NCBI GenBank assembly: GCA_002269645.1
Contig: NIVC01000172.1
Coordinates: 520,558 to 584,557, forward strand
Origin: Macrostomum lignano
Taxonomy: Eukaryota
Length of the DNA: 64,000 nucleotides
Direction of reading: 5' to 3'
Position numbers and translations under genes: made by a program. Position 1 is the first letter of the stretch, and every line of letters begins with the position of its first letter. Positions 1-60,512 of this stretch are shown one piece after another. The notes beneath the pieces are model-generated. The model ran no database searches and was not told where the DNA came from. It saw only the letters and a program-made list of their open reading frames with translations.

Positions 1-866
1 CACCCATTCGATCGTCATTTCGTTGTGTTTCAACGTCCCAATGCAGTCGTGAGACTCGTTTTACTGTAGATACTTTCTGTATTTGCCTTGGATACTTAAA
101 TCGACATTGAGCTTTGCCGTGTAGAGTACGGGAACACCTTTCGCTACACCGACTGTGGCGTTGACTTAGGTGAGCAATCGCTTGTAAATCAGCTTTATTG
201 TTTTCTATTTCTGATGGAAGCAAACGAGAAGGATGCTTTTCAATTGGAATTGTTTGATTAAGTACTTTATTTCCGCTCGCAGATCCATCCATTGCTGGGT
301 TAATGCTTGTTGTGTACTTATCAACGAAGGCGCGCATCTGTTCCTCAGTAACATGTTCGGATCTGACATCGAAACCGTCTGGCAACCATACGAGACCATG
401 AATATGTGGACTGCCTCTGCTCTGGTATTCGACTCTAAACCAGAAATCTGTAACCTTCCAATGTTCAATAAAAAAGCGGCGAGTAAAAATTTCAAAGCGA
501 TTCCAGAAAACTGTGTCGGCTAATCCTGGATCTTTTAATAGTTTCTGAAGCAGGTTCGGAGAAACTTCAGATTGCTCGGCTTGCCAAAATGCGCGTAATT
601 CCGGCCAGTGCACATCCGCTGCTGACAGAGTGACGAATAAATGAGGTAAACCAATAGTCTGTATCATCGCCTCTAAACGACGCCTCTGCAGCTCCCAATA
701 AGATTTTGTTCCCCGCAATTGCATTCCTCGAGCACTTACACTGGCAAGAACCTCTGGATCCTTGAGGCGCTCTTTCATTTGCTCTGCATTTAAATTAGCG
801 CAACCCTTCTGACTGACATAAACGCGGCCTAGCTCTAAAGCTCGCCATCGCATGATCATGTTTTCT
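1..866 (-). pseudogene. Helitron Rep (HUH endonuclease) segment, frameshifted continuation of ORF 865..2760
   Basis: My translation after a 1-nt shift at the A7 run (867-873): FFLENMIMRWRAL...RGTKSYW...MIQTIGLPHLFVTLSAADVHWPEL...FWFRVEYQSRGSPHIHGLVWLPD...QRHSRCSERC...CRFKYP. Open to position 1 and absent from the ORF track. Confidence 0.88.
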
Positions 867-2760
867 AAAAAAATCGAAACCGCGGATCACATCGAAATCG
901 TGAGCAGTGGTACCGCATTAAGTGTAATCCATATTCTCCTAAGCTGATATGCCTTAGCCTTGGGGTGCGATAGTCTCCACTTCCATCAGGAAATAGGTGA
1001 GGAAATGCAAGGGAAAATAAGCCCTCCTGCCGAAATTCATTTACAGGATGTCTGCTTGACTTGGGCCATTGCAGCTTTTCTTCCAAAAGCTTCTTGCGAA
1101 CTTCGTCCTCCAGCTCTCGCAGTGGGGCTTCCATAAGTACAGCACTGAAGCTCTCTGTATTTTTGGATTCTGCATTTTCGTCACCAATTTTCTGACGATC
1201 ATTTTTTTCAGTAGAGGCTGGATCTGTACCTGGAATTTCAGATTCATACAAAGCAGGCAGATCGGGCATTATGCCATTTTCCGGCAAGTCTTGAATAGCT
1301 TGCTCATCAAGCATAACGGCATATTCCTTAAAATACTTATTATTTTGCATTAAATATTTAATCGCACCGAGCACATTTTTACGGCGAACTCTAAGTTTAT
1401 TTGTAAATGCATTCAGATTTTTCTTTACACTTGCATCTTCCAGCTCCATCTGCTGCTGCTCTTCACGCGATTCAAATAAAAGGACTACTGGGAGCTTTCT
1501 TCTTGGTAACATTTTAACAACATCAGACTGATCTTGTGGAAACATTATACCATGACCACAAGAGCTCAACTGTCCTTGAGGAAACAGTCGAAATATTGTC
1601 AGTACGCTGAGTACAGGTGAAATCAACATCTGCTCTGCAACAGTTAAGTCCCGCAGCACTTCAGGTTGTTCGCATGGATTAACATTGTTTGTATCGCTAA
1701 ACTTTTTCGGTTGAAATTTTTCGGTTCTATCAGACACGCAACGCTGACAATTTAAATCCGATTCATTTCGAAAATAAACGCCTGGGAAACGCTCTTTACA
1801 AACGGTACACATATTCAAGTTTGAAACAAATTGTAAGCTCTCCTTGAAAAATGCATTTCTCATTTTCAAAAACGAATCATTAAATGGCTGCTGTAGGCAC
1901 TTAGGAACAGCAAGTTCGTCAAAAAGGCAATCATTCTGAACTCCTTCACAGTCCAACTTTGAAAACGGAGGAGGTATTTCTTGAAATTGTGAAGGCAAAT
2001 TTTCGTTTTGTTGATCTTCAAGAGCGTCTTTAGTTGTATTCCCATAATTGCAGCTCGGGGATTTATTAATAACTGCTTGTGGCATTTTTCTTGAAGATGC
2101 GCGTCGAGAAGACTTGTCGTCCAATGTTGTTGGAAGAAGACGCGTGCATGGTTTTCGAGGTTTCTGCGCCGTTTCTGATGTAGAATTACTTTCCTTGTGG
2201 TCTCTAAAACCGATTGTATATGTAGTAGTAGGAGTCGTATCCACTCTTAACGACAGCTTCTGCTTACTTGAGCAAGACTGCCCAGTGAAAGGCATGCCGT
2301 TACTTTCCCTTGCTTTAAGAAACAGTGCGTCATAATGCTCATTGTGGAACAGAAGTCGAATCACAGCAGCAGGCTGGTTAACTGTACGTTGCATTCGCAC
2401 AGTTCCGTCCGCATTGTAGATGTACATGTCTACATTTAAGCAGTTGCTAATAATGGGAGGAACTTCATCGGGAACGTATTCTCCAGACAAAAATGTGGTA
2501 GCAACTATGTCGTTAAATCCGGCTTCATCAAAAACACCGTCATTTTGCATAGCCCTCAGATAAGGAATAGTAGCTTCTCCGAGAAACTCTCGAAGCTGGG
2601 AGCTGCCTCGAGCTAAAGGTGTCCCGCGCAGAGATTTGCTGATGGCGTGGAAAAAGCAATTGCCATCTCCAGGTACGCGCTCTATCTGCAACTCCGTTAT
2701 TGGAAGAAAAGTAGAACCCTTTTGATCTGAAAGCTTAGAGTTAGATGGTTGTAGATTCAA
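865..2760 (-). CDS. Helitron polyprotein segment: OTU-like cysteine protease, CxxC...CxxC finger, DUF6570-like region and start of the Rep region
   Basis: RVPGDGNCFFHAIS...LLFHNEHYDAL (OTU Asp/Cys/His); CTVCKERF...CQRC; LTVAEQMLISPV...LRVRRKNVLGAIKYLMQNNKYF; FSLAFPHLFPDG...DPRFRFF. Ends in TAG at a homopolymer. Confidence 0.82.
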   Translation of the reverse strand: MNLQPSNSKLSDQKGSTFLPITELQIERVPGDGNCFFHAISKSLRGTPLARGSSQLREFLGEATIPYLRAMQNDGVFDEAGFNDIVATTFLSGEYVPDEVPPIISNCLNVDMYIYNADGTVRMQRTVNQPAAVIRLLFHNEHYDALFLKARESNGMPFTGQSCSSKQKLSLRVDTTPTTTYTIGFRDHKESNSTSETAQKPRKPCTRLLPTTLDDKSSRRASSRKMPQAVINKSPSCNYGNTTKDALEDQQNENLPSQFQEIPPPFSKLDCEGVQNDCLFDELAVPKCLQQPFNDSFLKMRNAFFKESLQFVSNLNMCTVCKERFPGVYFRNESDLNCQRCVSDRTEKFQPKKFSDTNNVNPCEQPEVLRDLTVAEQMLISPVLSVLTIFRLFPQGQLSSCGHGIMFPQDQSDVVKMLPRRKLPVVLLFESREEQQQMELEDASVKKNLNAFTNKLRVRRKNVLGAIKYLMQNNKYFKEYAVMLDEQAIQDLPENGIMPDLPALYESEIPGTDPASTEKNDRQKIGDENAESKNTESFSAVLMEAPLRELEDEVRKKLLEEKLQWPKSSRHPVNEFRQEGLFSLAFPHLFPDGSGDYRTPRLRHISLGEYGLHLMRYHCSRFRCDPRFRFF

Positions 2761-3691
2761 CTTTTGACTGAACTTTTGAGTGAGTTACTTTTACTTCGTT
2801 TTGCTTTAAACACCCATGCATAGATTTTTCTCTTATCTCATTTGAAGCATCCAAGTCTACCTGATGGGTAAAAACATCGGCGCACCGGTTTAAAATCTCC
2901 ACTTTTTGCCTCTTAATGTTTAAAGATGCTACTGACTCTTCATAGCACGTCTTAGATCTAGTAAAATGGCTAATATTTACACCCTCTTTATTTTCTTTGC
3001 ATCGTTGTAGGATCATATCAGCTTTTGAAGAACGAGCTCTACGAGATCGCTTTTGTTTTAACGATTCCTTTGCACATTCACTCGTCAATTTTTGCTTATC
3101 CTTTGAAATGCTATCATCATTGACGCTGAGTTTATCATCATCACGTAAGCTTATATTGAGTCCTAAATCTGTCACATGTGGAGAAACTTTGTTCCACTTA
3201 CCCGATGAACAGCGTCGAAGACGAATTCGGGGAACAGTACGACTGCACTGTAGATAATCTTTTGTTTCGGAATTTGCGTCGTTAGTTTCTTGAATCCTGG
3301 TCTTGCTTGTATATTTCTGACTTTCACCTGCCATTATAATGGCACTAGCACTGCCCCTGGCCAATTCGGTATCACTGACACTATCTGCAGCTGCCTTTAT
3401 AGTTTCACTGGCCGTTACAGTATCGCTGTCTGTTGCCATTATAGTTTCACTGGCCGTTACAGTATCGCTGTCTGTTGCCATTATAGTTTCACTGGCCGTT
3501 ACAGTATCGCTGTCTGTTGCCATTATAGTTTCACTGGCCGTTACAGTATCGCTGTCTGTTGCCATTATAGTTTCACTGGCCGTTACAGTATCGCTGTCTG
3601 TTGCCATTATAGTTTCACTGGCCGTTACAGTATCGCTGTCTGTTGCCATTATAGTTTCACTGGCCGTTACAGTATCGCTGTATGTTGCCAT
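2741..3691 (-). CDS. Probable N-terminal segment of the Helitron polyprotein with (MATDSDTVTASETI)n repeats
   Basis: Open 316-aa frame overlapping the start of the OTU ORF in a different frame; Ser/Thr/Asp repeat followed by a basic low-complexity region. Confidence 0.5.
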   Translation of the reverse strand: MATYSDTVTASETIMATDSDTVTASETIMATDSDTVTASETIMATDSDTVTASETIMATDSDTVTASETIMATDSDTVTASETIMATDSDTVTASETIKAAADSVSDTELARGSASAIIMAGESQKYTSKTRIQETNDANSETKDYLQCSRTVPRIRLRRCSSGKWNKVSPHVTDLGLNISLRDDDKLSVNDDSISKDKQKLTSECAKESLKQKRSRRARSSKADMILQRCKENKEGVNISHFTRSKTCYEESVASLNIKRQKVEILNRCADVFTHQVDLDASNEIREKSMHGCLKQNEVKVTHSKVQSKVESTTI

Positions 3692-3697
3692 TATAGT
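3397..3697. repeat. 42-bp tandem repeat, about 7 copies
   Basis: Unit ttatagtttcactggccgttacagtatcgctgtctgttgcca. Confidence 0.95.
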
Positions 3698-5830
3698 TGC
3701 ACTAATTGTTACAGTACTTGGTTGCTGTCATTGCCATTATAGTTGCACACCAACAGAAACCACGGGCGTTATTACAAATTAAGCATAAACTATATCCTTG
3801 AGTTCATGACCTTTTATATTTAAGGAAACATATGATATATGGGTGGGCCAAGTGATCATGGGTCCAATTGTTCAATTGTACTTTTCCTTTTTATGCAATT
3901 GTACATTTGGTATTAAGTAAAAGTAATTTATCCTTGCTAAAGACAAGACAAATAGTTAATAAAAAGAGACATGTACAGTGTAACAATTATGGTTTAGAGC
4001 CATTTTTCTCGTCAGTGTTTGTCTTTGTACATACATGTACATTGGGAAGACTTATCTGGACCCAATCCCTTCTTATTCTACATGTACGCTGTTTTGGGTA
4101 TGGGGGTTAGAGTTGGGCCGTCTGACACCCCCTCCCCCCCCCCTACCATAGTGGACTGGAGAGAAGCACATGCTATCGCTATTGGCTAGCCTGTCGTTCT
4201 CTTTCTCTTTACCTTCTGTCTTGTGTAGCGTACACTATGCAATGCACAAGGCCCAACTTTCCAAAAAAGGAAGGTTCATATAGTCCGCCAATGGGCTTCC
4301 TCTCGCTTTCGGGTACACTCAAGGCCACTCACTCTCAACACCAACCACTAGAGGCTTGTTTTAAATAATCGATCGATAATATTAAATGTACACTTGAGGC
4401 AAGCTTTCAAGTGTGTTTGGATCCTAACAGAAGGGGGAGAAAGTGGCCAAGGCCACCACACCCCACAAGGCAGGGAGGCCGGCCCAAGTGCGCAAACAAA
4501 TGACAAAATGAAATTAGAAAAGTACAATTTACGCTTCAACTTTCATAGGTCAAATACAATAAATGCAATAATAGGTACGGTATTAATGCCAGTGTATCTT
4601 AGCACAAAAGCAGCTACTTTCAAACCACCAGCACGTAAACAGCTAAAATTTCACTGTTTATGAATTTTTATAAAATTTAACACATCATTTTAGATATTGA
4701 AAACTTTTAAAGGAGGGTATTACTGTTGCATGTGACTATAAAATCGTGGTAGGTATAGCTGATGATGAAACTGGTGATTGGTATCTAGCTTTTTTGATAA
4801 CTTAGCCGGTTAGACCCCGAAATAGCTATTGTAATTTGTAACGCTGGAGCCAAATACAAATACAATGGAGCAATTAGTTTCTCTCAAATCTGTCTCTGCC
4901 AGTGCCAGTTTAGTCCATAGTAAGTAACCAAAGTAAAATACCCATTAGTGGTCCCGTTTCTAATGTTTATAAATATTAAGCTTCAATTTACTTTTGGCAC
5001 AGTATGCAATTTTGAAAATTCACCCTAATAACGGTTTGCATCAGCAGGAAAGTAACTATTTTGTTGTTGGATTGGAAATCGGATTAAGCAGTCAAAAGAG
5101 TGTATTTCTATGAAAAAAGGTACTTTTTTCCATTTTTTCAAATATTTAAACAGGTTTCGCTCTTTCAATAAAAAAATCATCGCAGTACCTTATAGTACAG
5201 TTAGTTTGGAATTAAATGACGGCGTTGAATTGTTTCTTCCATATTCCAAAAATTATAATGAGCACTTTTCCTCAAAGCAGTTTGAAATCATGATTTTTAG
5301 TCTTTCGTCGATAACTTTCTGATTTCAAATGTTTAAGAAATGAAAATTTCCACACTTGTGTATCTTTGAATTGCGCATCGATTGGTGCATAGTATGTATG
5401 CTTAACTATTAGCGGTATAGAAAAAAATGCAAAAAAACTGTAAAAGTACATTCCCAATTTTTGCATTTTTTTGCAACCAAAGTGCCAACTTTTTGTTACA
5501 ATTGAAAAAAACAACCCAATGATGTTATGCATCTTAGTAAGGCGCACTTATAACCCTCGAACATTTTTAGCTCGAGCTTTAATGTGCATGAGGAAATGCA
5601 CTTTTGTAAAGACATAATCTTATGACAAACATTTCAACTGAAGCCTGTTCCTTTTTTCCTCAGTGAATACATACAAAACTATACTCGTTAAATAGATCAG
5701 ATTCTTCTCTTTAAAATGACACCTCACTTGTGAAATTCGCACTTGTAGTTTTGAAGTTACAGCAGTTTTTGTGAGATTTTTCTTGTCATTTTTTCGATGC
5801 ACACGTCTCATATTATTATATTCGTCACAA

Positions 5831-5967
5831 GCCAGACCACCCAATGCGCTTCGCGCATTGGCTGGCTGTTTGTTCCTCATGCTCGGCACTTTGTGCCTCG
5901 CGCGTTCGCTCCGCTCACCCCACAACCCCAAGGACACGCGCTTCGCGCGTGTCCTTGGGTTTGTGGG
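5831..5967. other. Pair of GCGC-TTC-GCGC hairpins
   Basis: ccaatgcgc-ttc-gcgcattgg (5841-5861) and cccacaaccccaaggacacgcgc-ttc-gcgcgtgtccttgggtttgtggg (about 5919-5967, one mismatch). Confidence 0.85.
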
Positions 5968-6989
5968 TTTCGTGGAGCTCACTGGGAACAAGGAAGATTT
6001 AGGCTGGAACAGCCGAGGAAGGTAATAAAAATTGGGCGGCGGGGCAGGCGTAGAGGTTCTGTTTGGAGTTTGAGGGTTTAAGCTTGGAGGAGGTAAGAGC
6101 AAATAAATGAGCTTGTCTTTAAAAATACATGAAAATGCTTCTGTTTAACTTGCTACTGAACTGAAAGTAGCTTGCACGCAAATGTGCTGAGTGGCCCATC
6201 TAGTTATTCTAGTATCTGTGATCTAGACTTACCTGGTTACCAGGAGCGTCAGTGTACCCAAAGCCGAGGCTGTTTATTTTATTTGTTAAAATGATGCTAC
6301 AAATAAAAACACGAGCCTTTTGCTGCTTTCGAAATATTAAAAAAATTGTGCCAGGCGTTGTTGCGACGAAGTGAAACTTTTATTTTCTTGATAAAATAAT
6401 TAAGTTTGATAGGTTACAGATGAACAGCCCCGATTATGCAAGATACGATATGCGATGGCAGATCAGCACTGGGTCTGCTTGCTCTCATGTTACTAAATTC
6501 AATTTATAAAACTAAGTTATACAAATTACTATAAACACTTTGCGGGGAGTGCAGCAAGCAAAATTATAGTAAAAATGAACTAAACATTAAAATTACCTGC
6601 TGTGTGACGGGCGTGAATGGTCTTATACGAGTATAGTTATTAGTCACAGAACTGGCAACTCCACAGTGCGCAACAAAGGAAGGACTTTGCTAATTTTGGA
6701 GTAATTGAGACTGATAACATTGAAAATGCATTTCTCAATTCGGTATTAAAATACGTTAAATATTTACACGTGTGCTGAGCAGAGAACGTTGTTGGAATAG
6801 GTATAGGCATTGCAAACACAGTTAATTTAATTTGCCAGTAGAGGCACACAACAATTAATTGGTTTTGCCCACCGTTTTGGCCTGCCAGAGAAGCCAAGCT
6901 TTACTTTGGTTTTTGGTGGTTTTGCTTGCAGTGCAAGGTCGCTTGGGTGTTAGGACTGGCTATTGATACAGTACGGGGCTCTTGTGTTG

Positions 6990-7365
6990 GTCAGATAACT
7001 TAGGGCTTGAATTGGGGGTTGGCTATTAGATAACTTGCGGCTTGGGGTGGGGGTTGGCTATTAGATATCTTGGGGCTTAGAGTGGGGGTTGGCTATTAGA
7101 TAGATAACTTGCGGCTTGGGGTGGGGGTTGGCTATTAGATAACTTGGGGCTAGAAGTGGGGGTTGGCTATTAGATAAGTTGGGGCTTGGGGTGGGGGGTT
7201 GGCTATTAGATAAGTTGGGGCTTGGGGTGGGGTTGGCTATTAGATAAGTTGGGGCTTGGGGTGGGGTTGGCTATTATATAACTTGGGGCTTGAGGTGGGG
7301 GTTTGCTTTCAGATAACTTGGGGCTTGGGGTGGGGTTGGCAATTAGATAACTCGAGGCTTGAGGT
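6990..7365. repeat. G-rich ~34-bp minisatellite downstream of the neurexin stop
   Basis: Unit ggggttggctattagataacttggggcttggggt, about 10 degenerate copies. Confidence 0.9.
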
Positions 7366-7592
7366 GAGAGGAGGCGGGTTTGGCTAGCATGGTTACTGTA
7401 ATTATGAGATAGGCTGTGCAGTGGGTTGTAGTTAAAATAAGGCATAATGAAACATCAGGATCAAGGTAGGCTTGACAGAGACTGGATTACGGGTGCTGTT
7501 GTGTCCTGGGTTTTCTCGATTCCGTAGGTGTCCAAAGTAAGAAAGAGAATCGGTATTTTTATTCTTTTTAGTCCCACTGCAGGCCTCAGCAC

Positions 7593-55722
<48,130 letters not shown>

Positions 55723-56269
55723 GTCCTGAAGTCTCTGAAGCCGGCCTGTCTGGACTCTACGGTTTCACTTCTCAAGCCATCAGCCGTTCGATCCGAGCCA
55801 CTCGCAGCAGTTTTGCATGTCTTTCTGCCTTGCCTGAATCTAGATTCTCTCCGCGCTTTTATTGTCTCTATGCGGGGAAACTCAAAGCAAATATAGTCCG
55901 AGCAAAGTTGGCAAATAACAGTCCCGATTAAGACGAGAATTAATTGGCTGTTTGTTCAGTGAGCAGCTTGAGTATAGTTGCTTTATGCAATCGGGGCGAA
56001 TATCAGTCGCTAAGCGGGGCTTGGAGTGCCGTGGCCGAGCAGAACCAGTCCGCTCTCAGCTGCAGCTCTGCGCGGCGTTTCTGCTTCCCCTAATGATCCG
56101 GCGGCGGGGGGCAATTTTTCAATCCGCTGGCCTGACAGTTGCTGGGACTTTTGCCGCGCTGGGTCCGGCCAAGTCCTCAAGCGTTTTTATTGTTTCTGGC
56201 TTGACAGCGCCTGTAGTGAGCGTTGGGGCTGCGGAGCTGCCTGCACGGGCCTGCCTGTTGTTGGCTGGG

Positions 56270-56310
56270 ACTGCCGGGAGCCAATGGGAGGCGGGGAGTT
56301 AGGAATTGGG
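56270..56310 (-). promoter_or_regulatory. Possible CCAAT/GC-box promoter upstream of the candidate first exon
   Basis: gagccaatgggaggcggggag about 560 bp upstream of the 55722 ATG in a GC-rich island. Confidence 0.25.
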
Positions 56311-56339
56311 ATCAGGGGAAGAGAACTGCGTGCTGCGGT

Positions 56340-57066
<727 letters not shown>

Positions 57067-57764
57067 CTCATTTAACCTGTCCGTGTCCATCATTCCGGCC
57101 ACTTGACCCAAAATTATCGAAGTCACTTAAAATCCTTTTCACTTTCCCTTCTTTTCAATCTGTCTTTGTTTTTCCACATTACAAAAAGGTAAAAATGCAA
57201 AGATATGCCGAGAGAAAAGTCTGTTTAGCCGGCTGATGGATCGCCTTATTGAATCGGCAGGGCCGGAGGCTGCCAACTTCACACCTGCGCAGGTTGCTGG
57301 GGGAGGCGGCAGAGCGGGGAGCCAAACCAAAACGCTGCCAGGAATTCGTTCTGCTGTTTTCCTGCCCTCTGTCCCCCCTCAGCTTCCTCTCTATTTTTCT
57401 TGGCCTTTTATTTCTATTCAAAAGCAATCCCAGCCACTGTTCCCGCTGCCAGCTTGACTTTGCACAGAATCCCTAAGCTTCATCAATCCTATTGAGGTGG
57501 CTTACAATCTGTTTAGCGGTCAGCTGCATGGAAGCTGGAATTCCCAAGCGCCTCATCAGGTGACTGAGCGGCAGATACTGCAGCCCTTGGCTTCCACCGG
57601 CTGATGACTGGTTTTAATTTATTATCGGAAAGTCCAAATAAATTAGTAAAGAGATTTGTGACTAATGTTGACTCATGTGACAGATGTGACTCATGTGACA
57701 AAAGGAAATAGGAGAAAGGAGACAAAATGGGTTTTAGATTTTCCGCGTTTTTTATCAGTGACAA

Positions 57765-57965
57765 AGCGAGGGAAGTTTTTTGGATTTTCTGGGTTTTATT
57801 TTTACTATTCAAGACAAATGATCACAACGAGTTTATTTATATTTTCCGGGTTTTATTTTTACTGTTCAAGACAAATTATCACGAGTTTCTTTATATTTTC
57901 CGGGTTTTATTTTTTCTATTCAAGACAATGATCACAACGAGTTTCTTTATATTTTTCGTGTTTTA
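57765..57965. repeat. ~58-bp T-rich tandem repeat, about 3.5 copies
   Basis: atattttccgggttttatttttactgttcaagacaaatgatcacaacgagttt... Confidence 0.8.
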
Positions 57966-59874
57966 TTTTAACGTCAGGTCGATTCGCATTAATAACTAGC
58001 CGTTTTGGTCATATTGTCTCTAACAAAATTTTTCGAGTAGTGTACTAGAGGATTTGGTATTTGTACATCGCCGGACATATAAAGAGACAAAGAAGATAAA
58101 AATGCAGAGATCGCTGGAGCAGACACTCATAATTCCTGGTATAGTTAGTTAGTATTTTTTCTTTTCCCTGCTCAGGTGTCAAAATATAAATTTAGGATAT
58201 TTCTTAAAAAATAAGCGAATATACGATCGTATTAATTTTCAAAGTGGGGCTGCGCATCCCACACCCTTGCTACTTTCCTTCTACTCTAGTTTTTTTTTGC
58301 TTTAATAGTCCTTGGTAAACTGGTTAGTTAGCCGTTCACTCTAATATTTTTGCAATAGAATTCAATTTAAAGCTTTAATTTAAAAAATTGAATTAAGTTT
58401 TTTTAAACTACAAATATAATAAAGTGGGAGTATAAATAAAAAATTAATATACGATTGATATTAATAATATAAACAATAAGTGTAAATATTGTAAAATAAG
58501 AAAAAAATAAAACAAATCATAAAATATTGTCAAAATCAAGCTTAAATTTGAAATTTTGGCTTCCGCTCGTCGCCTCACACTCAAGACGTAGCTAAATATG
58601 CAAAAATAAAGTACAAAGTACTATTGTTAGTCTCAGAAAATTCATGTCTATGGCCTTACTTGGTGTTTATTTAGTGGCTTTGAGTTTATGAAAAATTAAA
58701 TTATCTTCAAAACTGAGGCAAGAAATAGACTGTTTCACTTTGTTGATTGATTGCTTGATTTGATTGATTGATTGATTTGATTTAATTGATTGATTGATCT
58801 GATTTTGACTATTTGATTGATTGCAACTCCCGACGTAAGTGAAAAGTAAAAATTTAATGCCCTTATCATACCCTGGATGTTCTACTGCTTGTACAGTAGT
58901 ATGGGTAGCATTTTTAGAACATGTCTCTTTTTTGCGAACAAATGTAGAAAGCGGGCATTGAAAAGCGATTGGAATTTTTTCTAAATGGCTATTTAGTGCA
59001 GATTCGAGCCCACTGAGGCTATTCAGCTCCCGATAGGCGGTCTAAGCCATCAGCGGAACACGGATTCGCAATATCCCTGCTTTGTGTGCGGAACGATTCA
59101 CTATGAAAACATCCCCATGCTCTACCACGAATCCCTCCTAATCTCAGCTCTGAAGAAGAGAAATCTGCTTTAGCAGAAGCAGCAGCAAAACCTCGGACTC
59201 TATGCTTGTTAGTCCGGAGCTCTGGAGCCTCTCATTGAATTTCGAATAAAAGCAGAAGTTACTGAAAGTGGCAGTGATCCGTTTTGCTTCTGCGCTGAGG
59301 GCAGCTCAGATTTCGTTGCTCCGAGCTGAGAATAACTTGCCCCAGCAACTGCGGTTAGAGCCCCGCTCATACTAATGAGGACTAACAAGCCCTGTGCTTG
59401 AGCCTAATGGCGATCCAAATTTGCTTCTTAGGAGAAAAAGCAATCTCTTTGTAAAGTATAAACCCTGAGAGGAGGAGAGCCGCGGTCTTCTTCTGGCCAG
59501 CGGTATCCTCTTCATCTGGGACTCCTAGCGAAGAAAACACTTTTTAGAGGCCGAGATTCGGCGCTGAAGGGCTGGGCCGCGGCAAACACAATCACACTGC
59601 TGGGGTCTCGCAGGGCCGAGCTCGCCTCGCTTGGGCAGGGATTCCAAGATTAAGGCTAGATAATATGCCAGTCAGCTGAACTCGCCAGCCAATCAATGGG
59701 GTGGGACACTAAAATGAAAGTTTTAATTTTCTCATGCTGCATTGCTGAGAGATGAGGATTCACTTCCGGCTGACAATGATTACAATTTAGCTCTATTCGA
59801 AGTGTCACTTGCCACTTTGATGTTTTCCACCGCTTTAAGAGACATTAGAATTAGTTATGTTTCAATAAAACTTC

Positions 59875-60058
59875 GGTGTTGTTGCTTTTGGGGTGTTGCT
59901 TTGGTGTTGTTTTTGGGGTGTTGTTTTTGGGATGTTTTTTGGGGTGTTGTTTTTGGGGTGTTGTTTTGGGGGTTTTGTTTTTGGGTTGTTGTTTTTGGGT
60001 TGCTGTTTTTTGGGGTGTTTTTTGTGTGTTATTTTTGGGGTGTTGTTTTTTGGGTGTT
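59875..60058. repeat. GT-rich degenerate repeat
   Basis: ttttggggtgttg-like units abutting the LTR. Confidence 0.85.
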
Positions 60059-60242
60059 TGTGAAAACTCCACTTCGGGGGTAAGACCCCCCCCCCAAAGG
60101 CAGAGAGCTTGTATTTAATATAGCTGGCCAACAATAAAGGTTGTCTGACAAAGCGTCAGCCAATCACACGCGCGCGTGCAGGTGTACACCTGCACTGTAC
60201 ATTACACTGAGCAGAGCCACTGAACAGACCCACGCTACCACA
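60059..60242 (-). repeat. 3' LTR (184 bp)
   Basis: tgtgaaaac...ctaccaca; homologous to 63522-63693. Confidence 0.95.
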
Positions 60243-60251
60243 TCCCTCCCC
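60243..60251 (-). other. Polypurine tract
   Basis: GGGGAGGGA immediately before the TGT of the 3' LTR on the minus strand. Confidence 0.9.
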
Positions 60252-60512
60252 ATCTACATGGGGATCAGGGATCGCAAGAGAATACATTAGCGCAACACAT
60301 TTTAGTGAGGAACAATAACTCAATAAATAACTTAATAATAAATAATAATTAACCAGCACCAAAACTACGCAACGCAAGATAGAAAAGCAACGACACAACC
60401 AGAATAAAGGAAAATAAACCATAACCATAACAAAGTTCAAAATCCAAATTTAAACGTCCGAATACTACAGTAATTCAAAACAGTCTCTTTCACAGATGAC
60501 GTCACCCGTAGC

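Larger units (their letters stand above)
1..3697 (-). mobile_element. Helentron/Helitron2-type rolling-circle transposon, coding region (5' part; continues off the left edge)
   Basis: Three consecutive minus-strand frames give repeat region - OTU - Cys finger/DUF6570-like - Rep. The Rep carries LFVTLSAAD and FWFRVEYQSRGSPHIHGLVW. Element termini not identified. Confidence 0.88.

Noticed and set aside
5620-6102. 160-aa minus-strand ORF over the hairpin region
   Set aside because: No domain similarity I recognise; likely incidental.
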